From Hormiphora californensis (Eukaryota; Animalia; Ctenophora), in the NCBI GenBank assembly GCA_020137815.1, contig CM035362.1, positions 3,162,001-3,226,000 on the forward strand: a stretch of 64,000 nt of DNA, in the 5' to 3' direction. A program made the position numbers and the translations under genes. The notes under the pieces were generated by a model. That model saw only the letters and a list, made by a program, of their open reading frames with translations, did no database searches and was not told the DNA's origin. Of the stretch, positions 12,037 to 24,100 are shown one piece after another (position 1 is the stretch's first letter; every line of letters begins with the position of its first letter).

Positions 12037-13277
12037 TAGTATTAGTATAATAGTATAGTATTAGTATAATAGTATAGTATTAGTATAATAGTATAGTATT
12101 AGTATAATAGTATAGTATTAGTATAATAGTATAGTATTAGTATAATAGTATAGTCTTCGTACTCGTCTCGTCTTCGTCTCCTCGTCTCGTCTTCGTACTC
12201 CTCGTCTCGTCTTCGTCTCCTCGTCTCGTCTTCGTCTCCTCGTCTCGTCTTCGTCTCCTCGTCTCGTCTTCGTCTCCTCGTCTCGTCTCGTCTCCTCGTT
12301 CGCCTTCGTCTCCTCGTCTCGTCTTCGTCTCCTCGTCTCGTCTTCGTCTCCTCGTCTCGTCTTCGTCTCCTCGTCTCGTCTTCGTCTCCTCGTCTCGTCT
12401 TCGTCTCCTCGTCTCGTCTTCGTCTCCTCGTCTCGTCTTCGTCTCCTCGTCTCGTCTTCGTCTCCTCGTCTCGTCTTCGTCTCCTCGTCTCGTCTTCGTC
12501 TCCTCGTCTCGTCTTCGTCTCCTCGTCTCGTCTTCGTCTCCTCGTCTGTCTTCGTCTAATAGTATAGTACCTCGACCAAACGCGGAGTTTTTACGTCAGC
12601 CGACCCGAAACCGGATTAAATTTTGCCACCCGCTGGTCTCAGGGCCTCCAAATATGTCAAAATATGTCTGAATTGTCATTTGGGGTCATTTAGACCTTTT
12701 AATTACATGTAATTACCCTTTAATTACATGTAATTACATTTTAATTACATGTAATTACTTCCAATTACATTCCAATTACTTCAGCACCTCGAGAGCTTTC
12801 GAACGCACCCTAGAACACCTTTCTACTCCTTCTAATTGCCGAGTTCTGTATACCCCTTATTTTGACTGTTTTTCGCGTCCTACCCCTTATAGGTTTGGGT
12901 ATGGCCATCGCCACACCCCCTATACGTCGCGGGACCTCGAGACCTTTCCAACGAGCCATAGAACACCTCTCTACTACTTCAGCGGGCTTCAAAACTTTCA
13001 CTCTAAAAATATCTATGGTTATGGTTATGGTTATGGTTTTATGGTTTTATGGTTTTTTTTCATCTGGTATTAAGGGCCTGTCGGCTCGGCCCCGTTGTTT
13101 TAGTTTTAGGGGGGATGTTTTAGGGGGGATGGATTGAGTTTGGGTTATATTCGGGTCGGGGGGCCTTGCCAGGCCCCGAATTAGTATAATAGTATAGTAT
13201 TAGTATAATAGTATAGTATTAGTATAATAGTATAGTATTTAATAATAGTATAGTATTTAATAATAGTATAGTATTTA
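12037..13277. repeat. Composite repeat: (TAGTATTAGTATAATAGTA)n arms, a (CTCGT/CTTCGT)n tract and a unique core with a 3' GC hairpin
   Basis: Arms at about 12037-12153 and 13181-13277; CT-rich tract 12154-12557; hairpin GGGGCCT-TGCC-AGGCCCC at about 13161-13178. Confidence 0.7.
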
Positions 13278-13471
13278 GCTTATTCGGATAGAGATTAGAG
13301 ACTAGAAAGGATCCTCTCAAAACTTCAAGCCTATAGTGATGAGTCCTCGATATACAACCAAGAGTAGGGTGATAAATGGTTGATGGTAAAAGCTATAGGT
13401 AATATGGGAAATTTGGTAAAATGGGAAATTGGTTTTTTGAAAAGATTGGCCATGTTACAGGCTCATAAATA

Positions 13472-13868
13472 CTGTAAAACTAGATATTTTCGAGGCAATT
13501 AATTTTCGCGATTCGATCAAAATTTACTATTTTCGCGATTTTAATTTTCGCTAATCCCACTGCTACCCCCATTTCACGGTCCTAGTTTATTGTCTAATTA
13601 CGCCAAGAGTGCAGTCATCATTGCCATGAGACACTAGACCTGCTTGGCGTAGACCAATGAAATGTGAGCAATTACAATTTCTGATCTGATGAACCGATTG
13701 TCGTTGACTTAGTACTAAAAGTAAAAAATGTGTCATCCTGAAATAACTTGCACGAGCTATTTCTGTAAAAATCGTCCAAAATATTTTCGCGGAATTAATT
13801 TTCGCGGATTTTCCAGCCAAAAATAAAGAGCGAAAATAAAAATCTCACGAAAATTTCTAGTTTTACAG
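13472..13868. mobile_element. TA-flanked MITE (Tc1/mariner-like)
   Basis: TIR CTGTAAAACTAGATATTTTCG / CGAAAATTTCTAGTTTTACAG, TA on both sides. Confidence 0.75.
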
Positions 13869-15185
13869 TAGTTAATAACTCTTATTAGTGATCTTAGATT
13901 AGTTCTGAAACCGTTTATAGCCTTGATGGGAAGTGTTTAGATGGTACACTAGCACCCTCGTCATCTTAAAATACGGAAAGTAAAAATTCAGGCCACTTTT
14001 TTCATTTGGTACACACGTCTCTGTTTCTTTGAGAAATTATCGATTGGCTTAGTTTATGAGCAAGATATTTATTAGCGATACCTGAAGAGATCAGAGCATC
14101 AGAATGAACGTGTCTAATTATAATTAGCTAATTATAAAAACTCATGATTTTGGTATAATGGGATACTTTTATTTTACTGAAATGGGATACCCCATTTTAC
14201 CAAATTTTCACTATCCCATTTTTCCAAAACATGTTTTTGAAAAATGGGATACTGAAATTTTGGCTGTTTAAACGGTCATTTTAAACGCAAACTTCTCAGT
14301 TACGATTATTAATATAGCCTATTTCGTTCATAACTCGAAAAAACTTGTATTCTCTGAAAAGAATGCATCGAGTGACAACTGCAGAATACGACTACACGTG
14401 TGGATATAATTATTCAATTCTCATTAATCTAATCTTCTATTATAGACACCAAAAGGTTTCTGGTATCCGTGTAGCTTTCTTAGTTTAGCAATTACTAAAT
14501 ATTATCCACATTTATGTGTTAACGATCAACTCTTTGGTCCCCAATTCTTTAGCAAATTTTAGAGAATTTCTAAATGTTGGACCTGTCTGAACTTAAATAT
14601 ACAGGTAGAACCCCGCTAGGAAATGAACCTATTCACGCTTTTACCCCTCCTGTTGAACTTAGTAGTGTAAAATGAGGCTTTAGGGACCCGTTGGTGAAGA
14701 AATTAGGTAGCTTGTTCCTAACTTTTCATGATTTCACGGCTGCCGGCTATTATAGGGCCTTCAGACCATTTACTTATTATAAACAAAACTTAAATACCAT
14801 TACGAACTAATTTAATCCAAGCAAAGTGCAACTTAAAGTTACCATATTTTGAGGAAAATTAATTTTTATAAAATGGGATACCAATTTTTTGATAAAATGG
14901 GATATCCCATTTTCGTTAAAAATGGGTATCCCATTTCACCAAAATAAAATTCCACTGCAAATTTTCAAGGTAATATGGGATAGTGCCAGATCTCCGTTGT
15001 GGAGCATTCGTTGGGGTAATTTTGGTGGTTATGTGTTAGCCTGGTCCAAATAAGGCACACCTATGAAGACGGCGTGACTTTATTGTCATCTGAAAAAAAA
15101 TTATGGCCAAAAGTTGTTAGGTATCCCATATTACCTGTGGCTCCCCTACTTATGATAATTATAGGGGGGTTTATCAAGTCCTATA

Positions 15186-18100
15186 TCAATATTTTGGAGT
15201 TGGTTGCTCTGATTTCTGCATTTTTCCGTAAGCTGAATGGACTGAAATGCTGATAGCAGGCAGCTCGATATAATCCTCCTCTTCCTCCTCTTCATCTCCT
15301 TCTTCTATCTGAAAACAAGGTTTAGAAGTCAGGGTTTGGGGTCCAAACAGTGTGGGGGTTGCGAGTCAGTACATCAGGGATTTGTAGTCAGGGTTTGGAG
15401 TTAGGGTTTGTAGCTTAGACAGGATTAGGAGTAGGGGTTTGGAAACATTAATGTTGGGGTTGGGAGTCGGGGTTTGGAGACATTAATTGGGGTTTAGAGT
15501 CAGGGTTTGGAGATATTAATTGGGGTTAAGAGCCAGGGTTTGGAGACAGGGTTGGGGTCAGGGGTGGGGGTTGAAAGTGTGCGTCATAGGCGAGGTTGCC
15601 CCATCCCCCCCCAACCAACCAACCAACTACTCACTATATTGGGCTGGTTATTCTGCCCCCCCCCCCCAACCAACCAACTACTCACCATGTTTAGCTGGTT
15701 ATTCTGACCACTAAACACGTTGTTCTCACTAGGTAGCCCTGATTTGGGTGGATGGGTATACCGAAACAGGTACTGGTACAGCAAACTGAACCGCTTCTCC
15801 GACATGGCAAACCTGGAAATGAAGCACGTGACACACAACACCATATATGGGCATCACGTGACACACAACACCATATATGGGCATCACGTGACACCCGAAA
15901 CAGGTACTGGTACAGCAAACTAAACCGCTTCTCCGACATGGCAAACCTGGAAATGAAGCACGCTTGTGGAGATTTGAGGAGTTGAGGGTGACAACTGCAA
16001 AAATCATAGAGCTCACTGTTGGGGGTCATTTGACATTTCACATTTGGAATAAAATGACAGGTTTTGGTGTTATTTTTACCTGCAGAATGTAGGGCAGAAG
16101 AGAATGTATATGATGGGTATGAATATACTGCCCATACAAAACAAAATATTAGCTATCTGAACTAGATGTCTGTTTATTGAATACAAGGAACCATCCATTG
16201 CTATCAGCGAGATTCTGAAAGAGATATTTAGGGGTCATATTATGTAAAGTAAAACCCAAACTAAAAAGGCCCTCACTTGGGTTTTTGTGAAATTTCCCAC
16301 GGTCATGGGACACTACACACATTTTCGGTCACACTTTTTCCCTAATTAGGCCAATCCTGTAACGCGCGATCGCCCAAATGATTGACAAGCACACTGTCTG
16401 GCATCTTTTCCGCACTGCGCGCACTGTGCGTGTGTTCCGTCTCATTTCCACACATGTGTGTTTTACTTTTGTGTCTCTGCTATTTGACCACGTGTACCTC
16501 TCAGTTGTCTGTCTGGCGGTGTCGAGCCGATATATGCGCTTACTTAGAATCAAAACGGGGTCGGCCAGACGTGTTGTACACCCAATTTAGTGCTTATAGT
16601 TGCCTTGAATTTCAGACGGTAGGTTTGTTTCTTCAAGGCCCGACTTCCGTTCGTTACAAAACATTTGGAAACTTAGTTTAACTACCGTCGCGTCTGTTCC
16701 GGATACGGGTTTCTGCCGTAACTATAGTCTGACATTATAGAAATTACTCACACAGAATATGGGAGTGTTGTAAGACAGAACATGATACTAAGCGCTGCAG
16801 TTGTTCTGTTTCTCCTCCAAACATGTGTCTCCACTAGAATCCCTTCCTCGGCCTTCATTCGTGAGACAGTTATTGCTAGCCTCCTGTTGCCCTCCTCCTT
16901 GAATAGCAGTACCATGTACCTAGAGAGAGGGATGGGATGGAGTCAGGAGTGAGATGGTGAGAGCGGCAAAGGATTCAGTCAAATGTGAATTGTGCCTACA
17001 AGCTTGTATAAAATGTGTTGTATGAGTGGGGGTGGGGGTTATATCAAAATCGGGACGTGAAGAACGAGTTTTGATGCTGGGAGTCAGTAGAACATAATTT
17101 TCCAGATTTATGAAAGCTAATCCCAACCGAGTTATGTATAATAGCTATGTACATATAATAGTTATAGCTACTCAGCTGTACTCACCACACAATAAGTATG
17201 CCGAGCGGGATGATAAGAAAAGTAACCACACACTCGCACAGCGAGGACAGGTCTCTGTAGAGATAACTCTGAAAACAACCACCCCAGAGAGGTTGATAGA
17301 GGTAGGGGTCGTCTTTCTTGAGTAACAACACTGGTACAACCTGGGAGGGGTGTAATGGGGTAGGGGGTATAGAGCAGGCAGCAGTAGGGGGTAGGGAGAT
17401 GGAGTAGGGGGTAGAGAATCTCTCTAGAGATGAAGTAGGGGGTAGGGAGATGGAGTGGGGGTATAGGTAGGTGTCGTCTTTCTTTAGTAACAACACTGGA
17501 GATGGGGTAGGGGGTAGGGGGATGGAGTGGGGGTAGGAGACGTCGAGTGTTTTATAGTTAACTCGCGTCGTTTAGGTGCCTGTTTTTGTATTATTTAATT
17601 ACTTAATTTCAGGAACCGACCGAATCAGGAAATACTGGTCCCTGATTGGCTGATAACCAGTCATGTGACCTAAATAACGAGTTCTGATTGGTTGTTTACT
17701 TGTTTCGGTCGGTTCCTGCTTAATTTAATTTACCTGTGGTAAGACTCCAATCATCCACGTATGAAATGCTATCTTCTTGCTTAGCGAAACAGATATCGCT
17801 ACCCTCAAATTACTGTATCTACAAGAAAGAAAGGTGCACTTTGTAACAACTTACAAAGAGAGGTGTAACAACTTACAACCCTATTATAGTTACCCCTTAT
17901 CACCCTGAGCTACCTTTAAAACTACCCCCGGTTACTCCTAGTTACCCCCTCGTTACCCATATAGTTACGCCTCGGTTGCCCCTAGTTACCCCTCGGTTGC
18001 CCCTAGTTACCCCTCGGTTGCCCTTGATTACCCCTCCGTTACCCTTCCGTTGCCTTTAGTTACCCCCTCGTTACCCATATAGTTACGCCTCGGTTGCCCC

Positions 18101-21100
18101 GGCCCTAGTTACCCCTCGGTTGTCCCTAGTTACCTTGCAACAGCGCTATCGAACACGAGCAGCATTATTTGTAGAAAGTACACGTTGTTTAAGTAACACG
18201 ATAGAATTCCCATTGCGAAACAGGGTGCTATGTGGAGTTCCCAACTACTGGCTACCACCGAGTATGCAACCACTGTTTGGGGTAAATAGTGGGGTTACAA
18301 AATAGTTAGATAATATTGGGGTTAGATACTAAAGTCGGATTTTTTGAAACTGTCGCCTCCCCCCCCCCCTTTCACGCGCGGCTTCGTATTTGCGTGTGAC
18401 AGCCCCCACTTGCTCTCACTTTTCGGCAAAAAACCGCATATCATCGGAAAGAGCATAATTTTGTGAGTCCATAAAACTTTGGTTTGACGAAATTGGTCAA
18501 GAAACAAAGGCGTGAACGCGAAAACAAGTTTCCGACACGCATATAAAAACTCGCGTGCCACCCAGGGGGGCGACAGTTTCAAAAAAAAATCCGACTTTAG
18601 CTGTTGGGAATGCTAAATTCATCAATCACACACTGCAGTCTGGCGGCGCCACATCTCGCATCACTCTTTTCCATCCCAAAATAGGCTGTGCCATCATATA
18701 CGGTATGGTCAAAGTAGTGTATAAAATGGAACCGCTGTTTAAACTTCAATAAAAACCAACAAATCTATCATTTCAAAATTTATATTAAAAAAAACTATTG
18801 AATCGCGGATCTTGCTTTTTACTTCCGTAGAGGAACCGACCGAATCAGGATATACTGGTCCCTGATTGGCTGATAACCACTACCAGTCACGTGACCTAAA
18901 TACCGAGTTCTAATTGCTTGTTTACTTGTGTCGGTCGGTTCCTACTTCTGAACTTACTAGAGTGTATGTGGAAGGCAAGGAAGAAGTGATTGAAGGAAAG
19001 GGAAACACAGAAAACGAACGTAAAATTATCAACTTCCTTCCACCTGAGAAAATAAATGATAAATTATGAAAAGTTTTGAAAATGCAATTATGAAGAAAAC
19101 TTTCATGATACGAACCCAGGACTTTCAGCTACCATAGAAATGAAAAACCTAGGGTTAAAAACTAAGTGGATCTAAAATCATGAAAAAGTGACCAAAAAGG
19201 TGACCAATACTGACTGACCAATTTACAAAAAATTTTGAAAAAAAGGATACTGCACCGGGGATTCCCAGGCGGTCACCCATCCAAGTACTAACCCGGCCTG
19301 CGGTTGTTTAACTTCCGAGATCGAACGAGATCGGGTGCATTCAACCGAGTATGGCCGTATCCGACATTCAACAATTTCACACCCCTTTATACCTATTCCA
19401 ATCTTCAAATTACCCGTCCCCCAATTGTGTAAACCCCAATTTTCCGGAAGGAAACACTCAGAACACTGCAAAGAGACATTTTTATACGAACCACCATGAC
19501 CTGACTGTCGACTGAGACTGAGAGAAATCACACAACACACACGGACCCCATGACGATTCTATTTTACTATTTTCAATTTATTATCGCCCTCCCGATGGGA
19601 AGGCAGACCAAAAGGAAGTGTTACCGGTCTCCGAAGAGAGCCAGTTGAACACTAGAACTCAGCTTACCTCAAATTAATTTGTTTAAAGTAGTGTTGAAAA
19701 GTTTGAAACTGCTGATGGAGTCTCGGACCTGCCTCCCATCCCCCAGTATGCTACGAGTCCCGTGCAGGTGACCTTTCCAAATATGGAATAATTCAACTCA
19801 AGAAAGCGTACCACGTGACCCTGTCACGTGCTTCATTGAGGCCAATCGCCAACCACCTGCGCCGGCAAGGGGCTTGGAACATGTTTGGCGCTGACAAGGG
19901 CCCACATTCGCGATTGTGATTTCTGTGTGTTAGTGATGTCACCCCTATCACATAACATGCACCAGGTGTTCTGATATACTCCAGTGATTTACTAGAAAGG
20001 AACAGAACAGCGGGTAACAGAACAGAACAGAAATTACAAAAGTGCACGACTCAAATATCACATTATAAATTACCAACACATAAAAAGACAAATGCAAATT
20101 AAAACCGTGCCAGGTGTATTGATAAAGTGTTACCGAAACACAGGGAATTTTGAAACTTTTTATTTGTAAAACAAATTAAGAATGGTTTTGTTTAAAAAAA
20201 TAATAAAATTAAGTTCTTTCAACTTTAATTTTCATCTTTTAAATCTTTTAAAAGTAGTAACGTCTTTTCAATAACACTGAAAATATTTGCAAACTCTTCA
20301 GTATATTTTAGAAACAATTTTTTAACATCTTCAATGCTCTTCTTATCAATTATTTTAATCAATTTTCGTTCTTTTGCGTTCAATCTTATTCGCTGGAAAA
20401 CAACAAGTGGAATCACCCCATACTTTAAACCAGTAAACAAAGTTTTAAAAGATTGTAAAAGTTGGTTATTACGTGCCACTTTTGTAAATTTCTTCTGAGC
20501 AATCAATTGACTGAGTTCTAGAAAATCAGCTATGCTTTTATCATTAATTATTGAATTGGAAAAATCGTTAAAAGTACTGTCCTTAAAATTAGTTATAAAT
20601 TCATCAATTTGCTTTTCAAACATTTTAATGCGACTCAAATGCTGTTTCGACTCCATCAGCTTTGTTTTGTATAGACGTTCAAACTTGCGAGCCTGTTGAT
20701 CTCGCAGTTGGTACAACTCCTTGTAATTTGGAATTTTTGTAGCTTCTATAATAGTGGAATTTTCTTTTTTGGTATCCATATCTCCAGGTTTGCCTTGACT
20801 ACCATCGGCTGTAACGCAATCATTGGTACCGTCTAATGTAGTATTTTCAATAGGGTTTCCGTTATAATGATCACGGTTTTTGTGGTCAAGGAGTTCATAA
20901 AAGAAGGGAAACGATTTGTCGCACAAGTCACAAGCTTTCATGGTGTGAAGAAATGCGTCAATTGCCTCCTTATATACCCCATGAGTTGAAAATTATTTAC
21001 TGCAATTAGGGCATGTATTTTCACATTCCGGAAACAACTTGTTCATAATATTATTAACCAATTCTGGATTCTGATTTAGCAATTCCCGAATTTCAAATAA

Positions 21101-24100
21101 TGACATAGATTCCTTAATGGCATTCACAAGTAGAGCTTCGCGCTCTGTTAGTTCAGCAGTACTGAGACCAACGTCAGTAAGATCATGTTTCAAAGCAAAA
21201 CAATGAAGTAAGCTTTGATATTTTGGGACAGAAAATTCATCATCCGATACATTTGAGAGTGAGTCAGATTCTGAATCTGACATGTGCTCTGAACCCATTT
21301 CCTCGGACATTTCAAGTTGACGCGTTTTTGAAATAGACATGATTGGAAATGAGCTGAATACAATTTGCACTTGCTTTTATAGTCCCAATTTACATGATTA
21401 AATTTACACTTTTTCCAGTGCTATATTTTGAAAGTTACAAAATTAATGTTGCAGCGGCGTTCCATTCTAATTTGTACTGTTCCTGTGTAATATAAACGCG
21501 TTCCGTCGAACTTAGTTGCTGTTCCTTTCTAGTTTGTACTGTTCCTTTGTAATGTAAAACTGTTCCGTCGAACTTAGTTGCTGTTCCCTTCTAACTTGTA
21601 CTGTTCCTGTGTAATGTAAAACTGTTCCGACGTTCCGTCGAACTTAGTTGCTGTTCCTTTCTAATTGGTACTGTTCCTTTATAATATAAAACGTGTTCCG
21701 TCGAACTTAGTTGCTGTTCATTTCTAATTTGTACTGTTCCTGTGTAATGTAAAATTGTTCCGTCGAAATAAGTTGCTGTTCCATTCTTATCTGTACTGTT
21801 CCTGTGTAATGTAAAACTGTTCCTTTCTAATTTGTACTGTTCCTGTGTAATTAAAAAGTGTTCCGTCGATCCTTGCTGTTCCAGTGCTGTTCCTTTCTAA
21901 TTTGTACTGTTCCTGTGTTATGTAAAACTGTTTCTTCGAACTTAGTTGCTGTTCTTTTCAAATTTTTACTGTTCCTGTGTAATATAAACGTGTTCCGTCG
22001 AACTTAGTTTCTGTTCCCTTCTAATTTGTACTGTTCCTTTGTAATATGAAACTGTTCCTTTTTAATTTGTACTGTTCCTGTGTATTGTAAAAGTGTTCCG
22101 TCGAACTATGTTGCTGTTCCTTTCTAATCTGTACTGTTGCTGTGTAATGTAAAACTGTTCCGTTAATCTTAATTGCTGTTCCAGTGCTGTTCCTTTCTAA
22201 TCTGTACTGTTCCTGTGTAATGTAAAACTGTTCCGTCGAACTTAGTTGCTGTTCCTTTCTAATCTGTACTGTTCCTATGTAATGTAAAACTGTTCCGTCG
22301 AACTTAGTTGCTGTTCCTTTCTAATTGGTACTGTTCCTGTGTAATGTAAAACTGTTCCGTCGAACTTAGTTGCTGTTCCTTTCTAATTTGTACTGTTCCT
22401 GTGTAATGTAAAACTGTTCCGTCGAACTTAGTTGCTGTTCCTTTCTAATCTATACTGTTCCTGTGTAATATAAAACTGTTCCTTTCTAATTTGTACTGTT
22501 CCTCTGTAATGTAAAACTGTTCCGTCGAACTTAGTTGCTGTTCCTTTCTAATTTGTACTGTTCCTGTGTAATGTAAAACTGTTCCGTCGAACTTAGTTGC
22601 TGTTCCTTTCTAATTGGTACTGTTCCTGTGTAATGTAAAATTGTTCCGTCGAAATAAGTTGCTGTTCCATTCTTATCTGTACTGTTCCTGTGTAATGTAA
22701 AACTGTTCCTTTCTAATTTGTACTGTTCCTGTGTAATTAAAAAGTGTTCCGTCGATCCTTGCTGTTCCAGTGCTGTTCCTTTCTAATTTGTACTGTCCTG
22801 TGTTATGTAAAACTGTTTCTCGAACTTTTGCTGTCTCTACTTGTCGTTCTTGTAAGAAACTTTTTCCGACGTTCGCGACTAGTTGCTGCCTTCTAATTGT
22901 ACTGTTCCTATATATAACGTGTTCCTCGAACTTAGTTCTGTTCATTTCTAATTTGTACTGTTCCTGTGTATGTAAAATTGTTCCGTCGAAATAGTTGCTG
23001 TTCCATTCTTATCTGTACTGTTCCTGTGTAATAGTAAAAACTGTTTTCCTTTCTAATTGTACTGTTCCTGTGTAATAAAATGTTCCGTCGATCCTCTAGT
23101 GCTGTTCCTTCTAATTGTACTGTTCCTGTTGTAAACTGTTCTCGACTTAGCTGTTCTTTCTTTTACTGTTCTGTGTAATATAACGTGTTCCGTCGAACTT
23201 AGTTTCTGCCTTTAATTTGTACTGTTCCTTTTAATCCTGGTTTTATTTGTACTGTTGTTATGTAAAAGTTTCCGTCGAACTTGTTGCTGTCCTTTCTAAC
23301 TGTACTGTTTGCTGTTAATGTAAACTGTTCCGTAATCTAAGCTGTTCCAGTGCTGTTCCTTCTAATTGTACTGTCCTGTGTAATGTAAAAACTGTTCCGT
23401 CGAACTTAGTTGCGTTCTTTTAATTGTACTGTTCCTATGTAATAAAACTGTCCGTCGAACTAGTTGCTGTTCATTCTAATTGTACTGTTCTGTTAATGTA
23501 ACTGTTCGTCAATGTTGCGTTCCTTTTCTATTGTACTGTTCTGTATAAATGTTCCTTCGCTTCGTTGCTGTTCTTTAATCTATACTGTTCTGTGTATTAA
23601 ACTGTTCCTATTCTATTTGTACGTTCTCTGTATGTAAAACTGTTCGTCGAACTTAGTTGCTGTCTTTCTAATTGTACTGTTCCTGTGTAATTAAAACGTG
23701 TTCGTCGAACTTAGGTTTGCTGTTCCTTAATTGTACTGTTCTGTTGTAATGTAAATTGTTCCGTCGAAATAGTTGCTGTTCCATTTTATTGTCTGTTTGT
23801 GTATGTATAAAACTGTCCTTTTAATTTGTACTGTTCCTGTGTAATTAAAAGTGTTCCGTCGATCCTTCGTTCCAGTGCTGTTCCTTTCTAATTTGTACTG
23901 TTCCTGTGTTATGTAAAACTGTTTCGTCGAACTTAGTTGTGTTCTTTTCAAATTTTACTGTTCGTGTAATAAAACGTGTCCGTCGAACTAGTTTTCTTTC
24001 CTTCTAATTGACTGTTCCTTTGTCTATGAAATGTTCCTTTTAATTTGTACTGTCCTGGTTATGTAAAAGTGTTCCGTCGAACTATGTTGCGGTTCCTTTC

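Noticed and set aside
13385-15148. Outer transposon around the 13472 MITE
   Set aside because: GGTAATATGGGA inverted motifs are present, but the left end and TSD cannot be defined
19793-20047. Candidate ICL1 exon (IRTP) for the large GPCR
   Set aside because: Exon 19043-18958 fits both phases and encodes TM2
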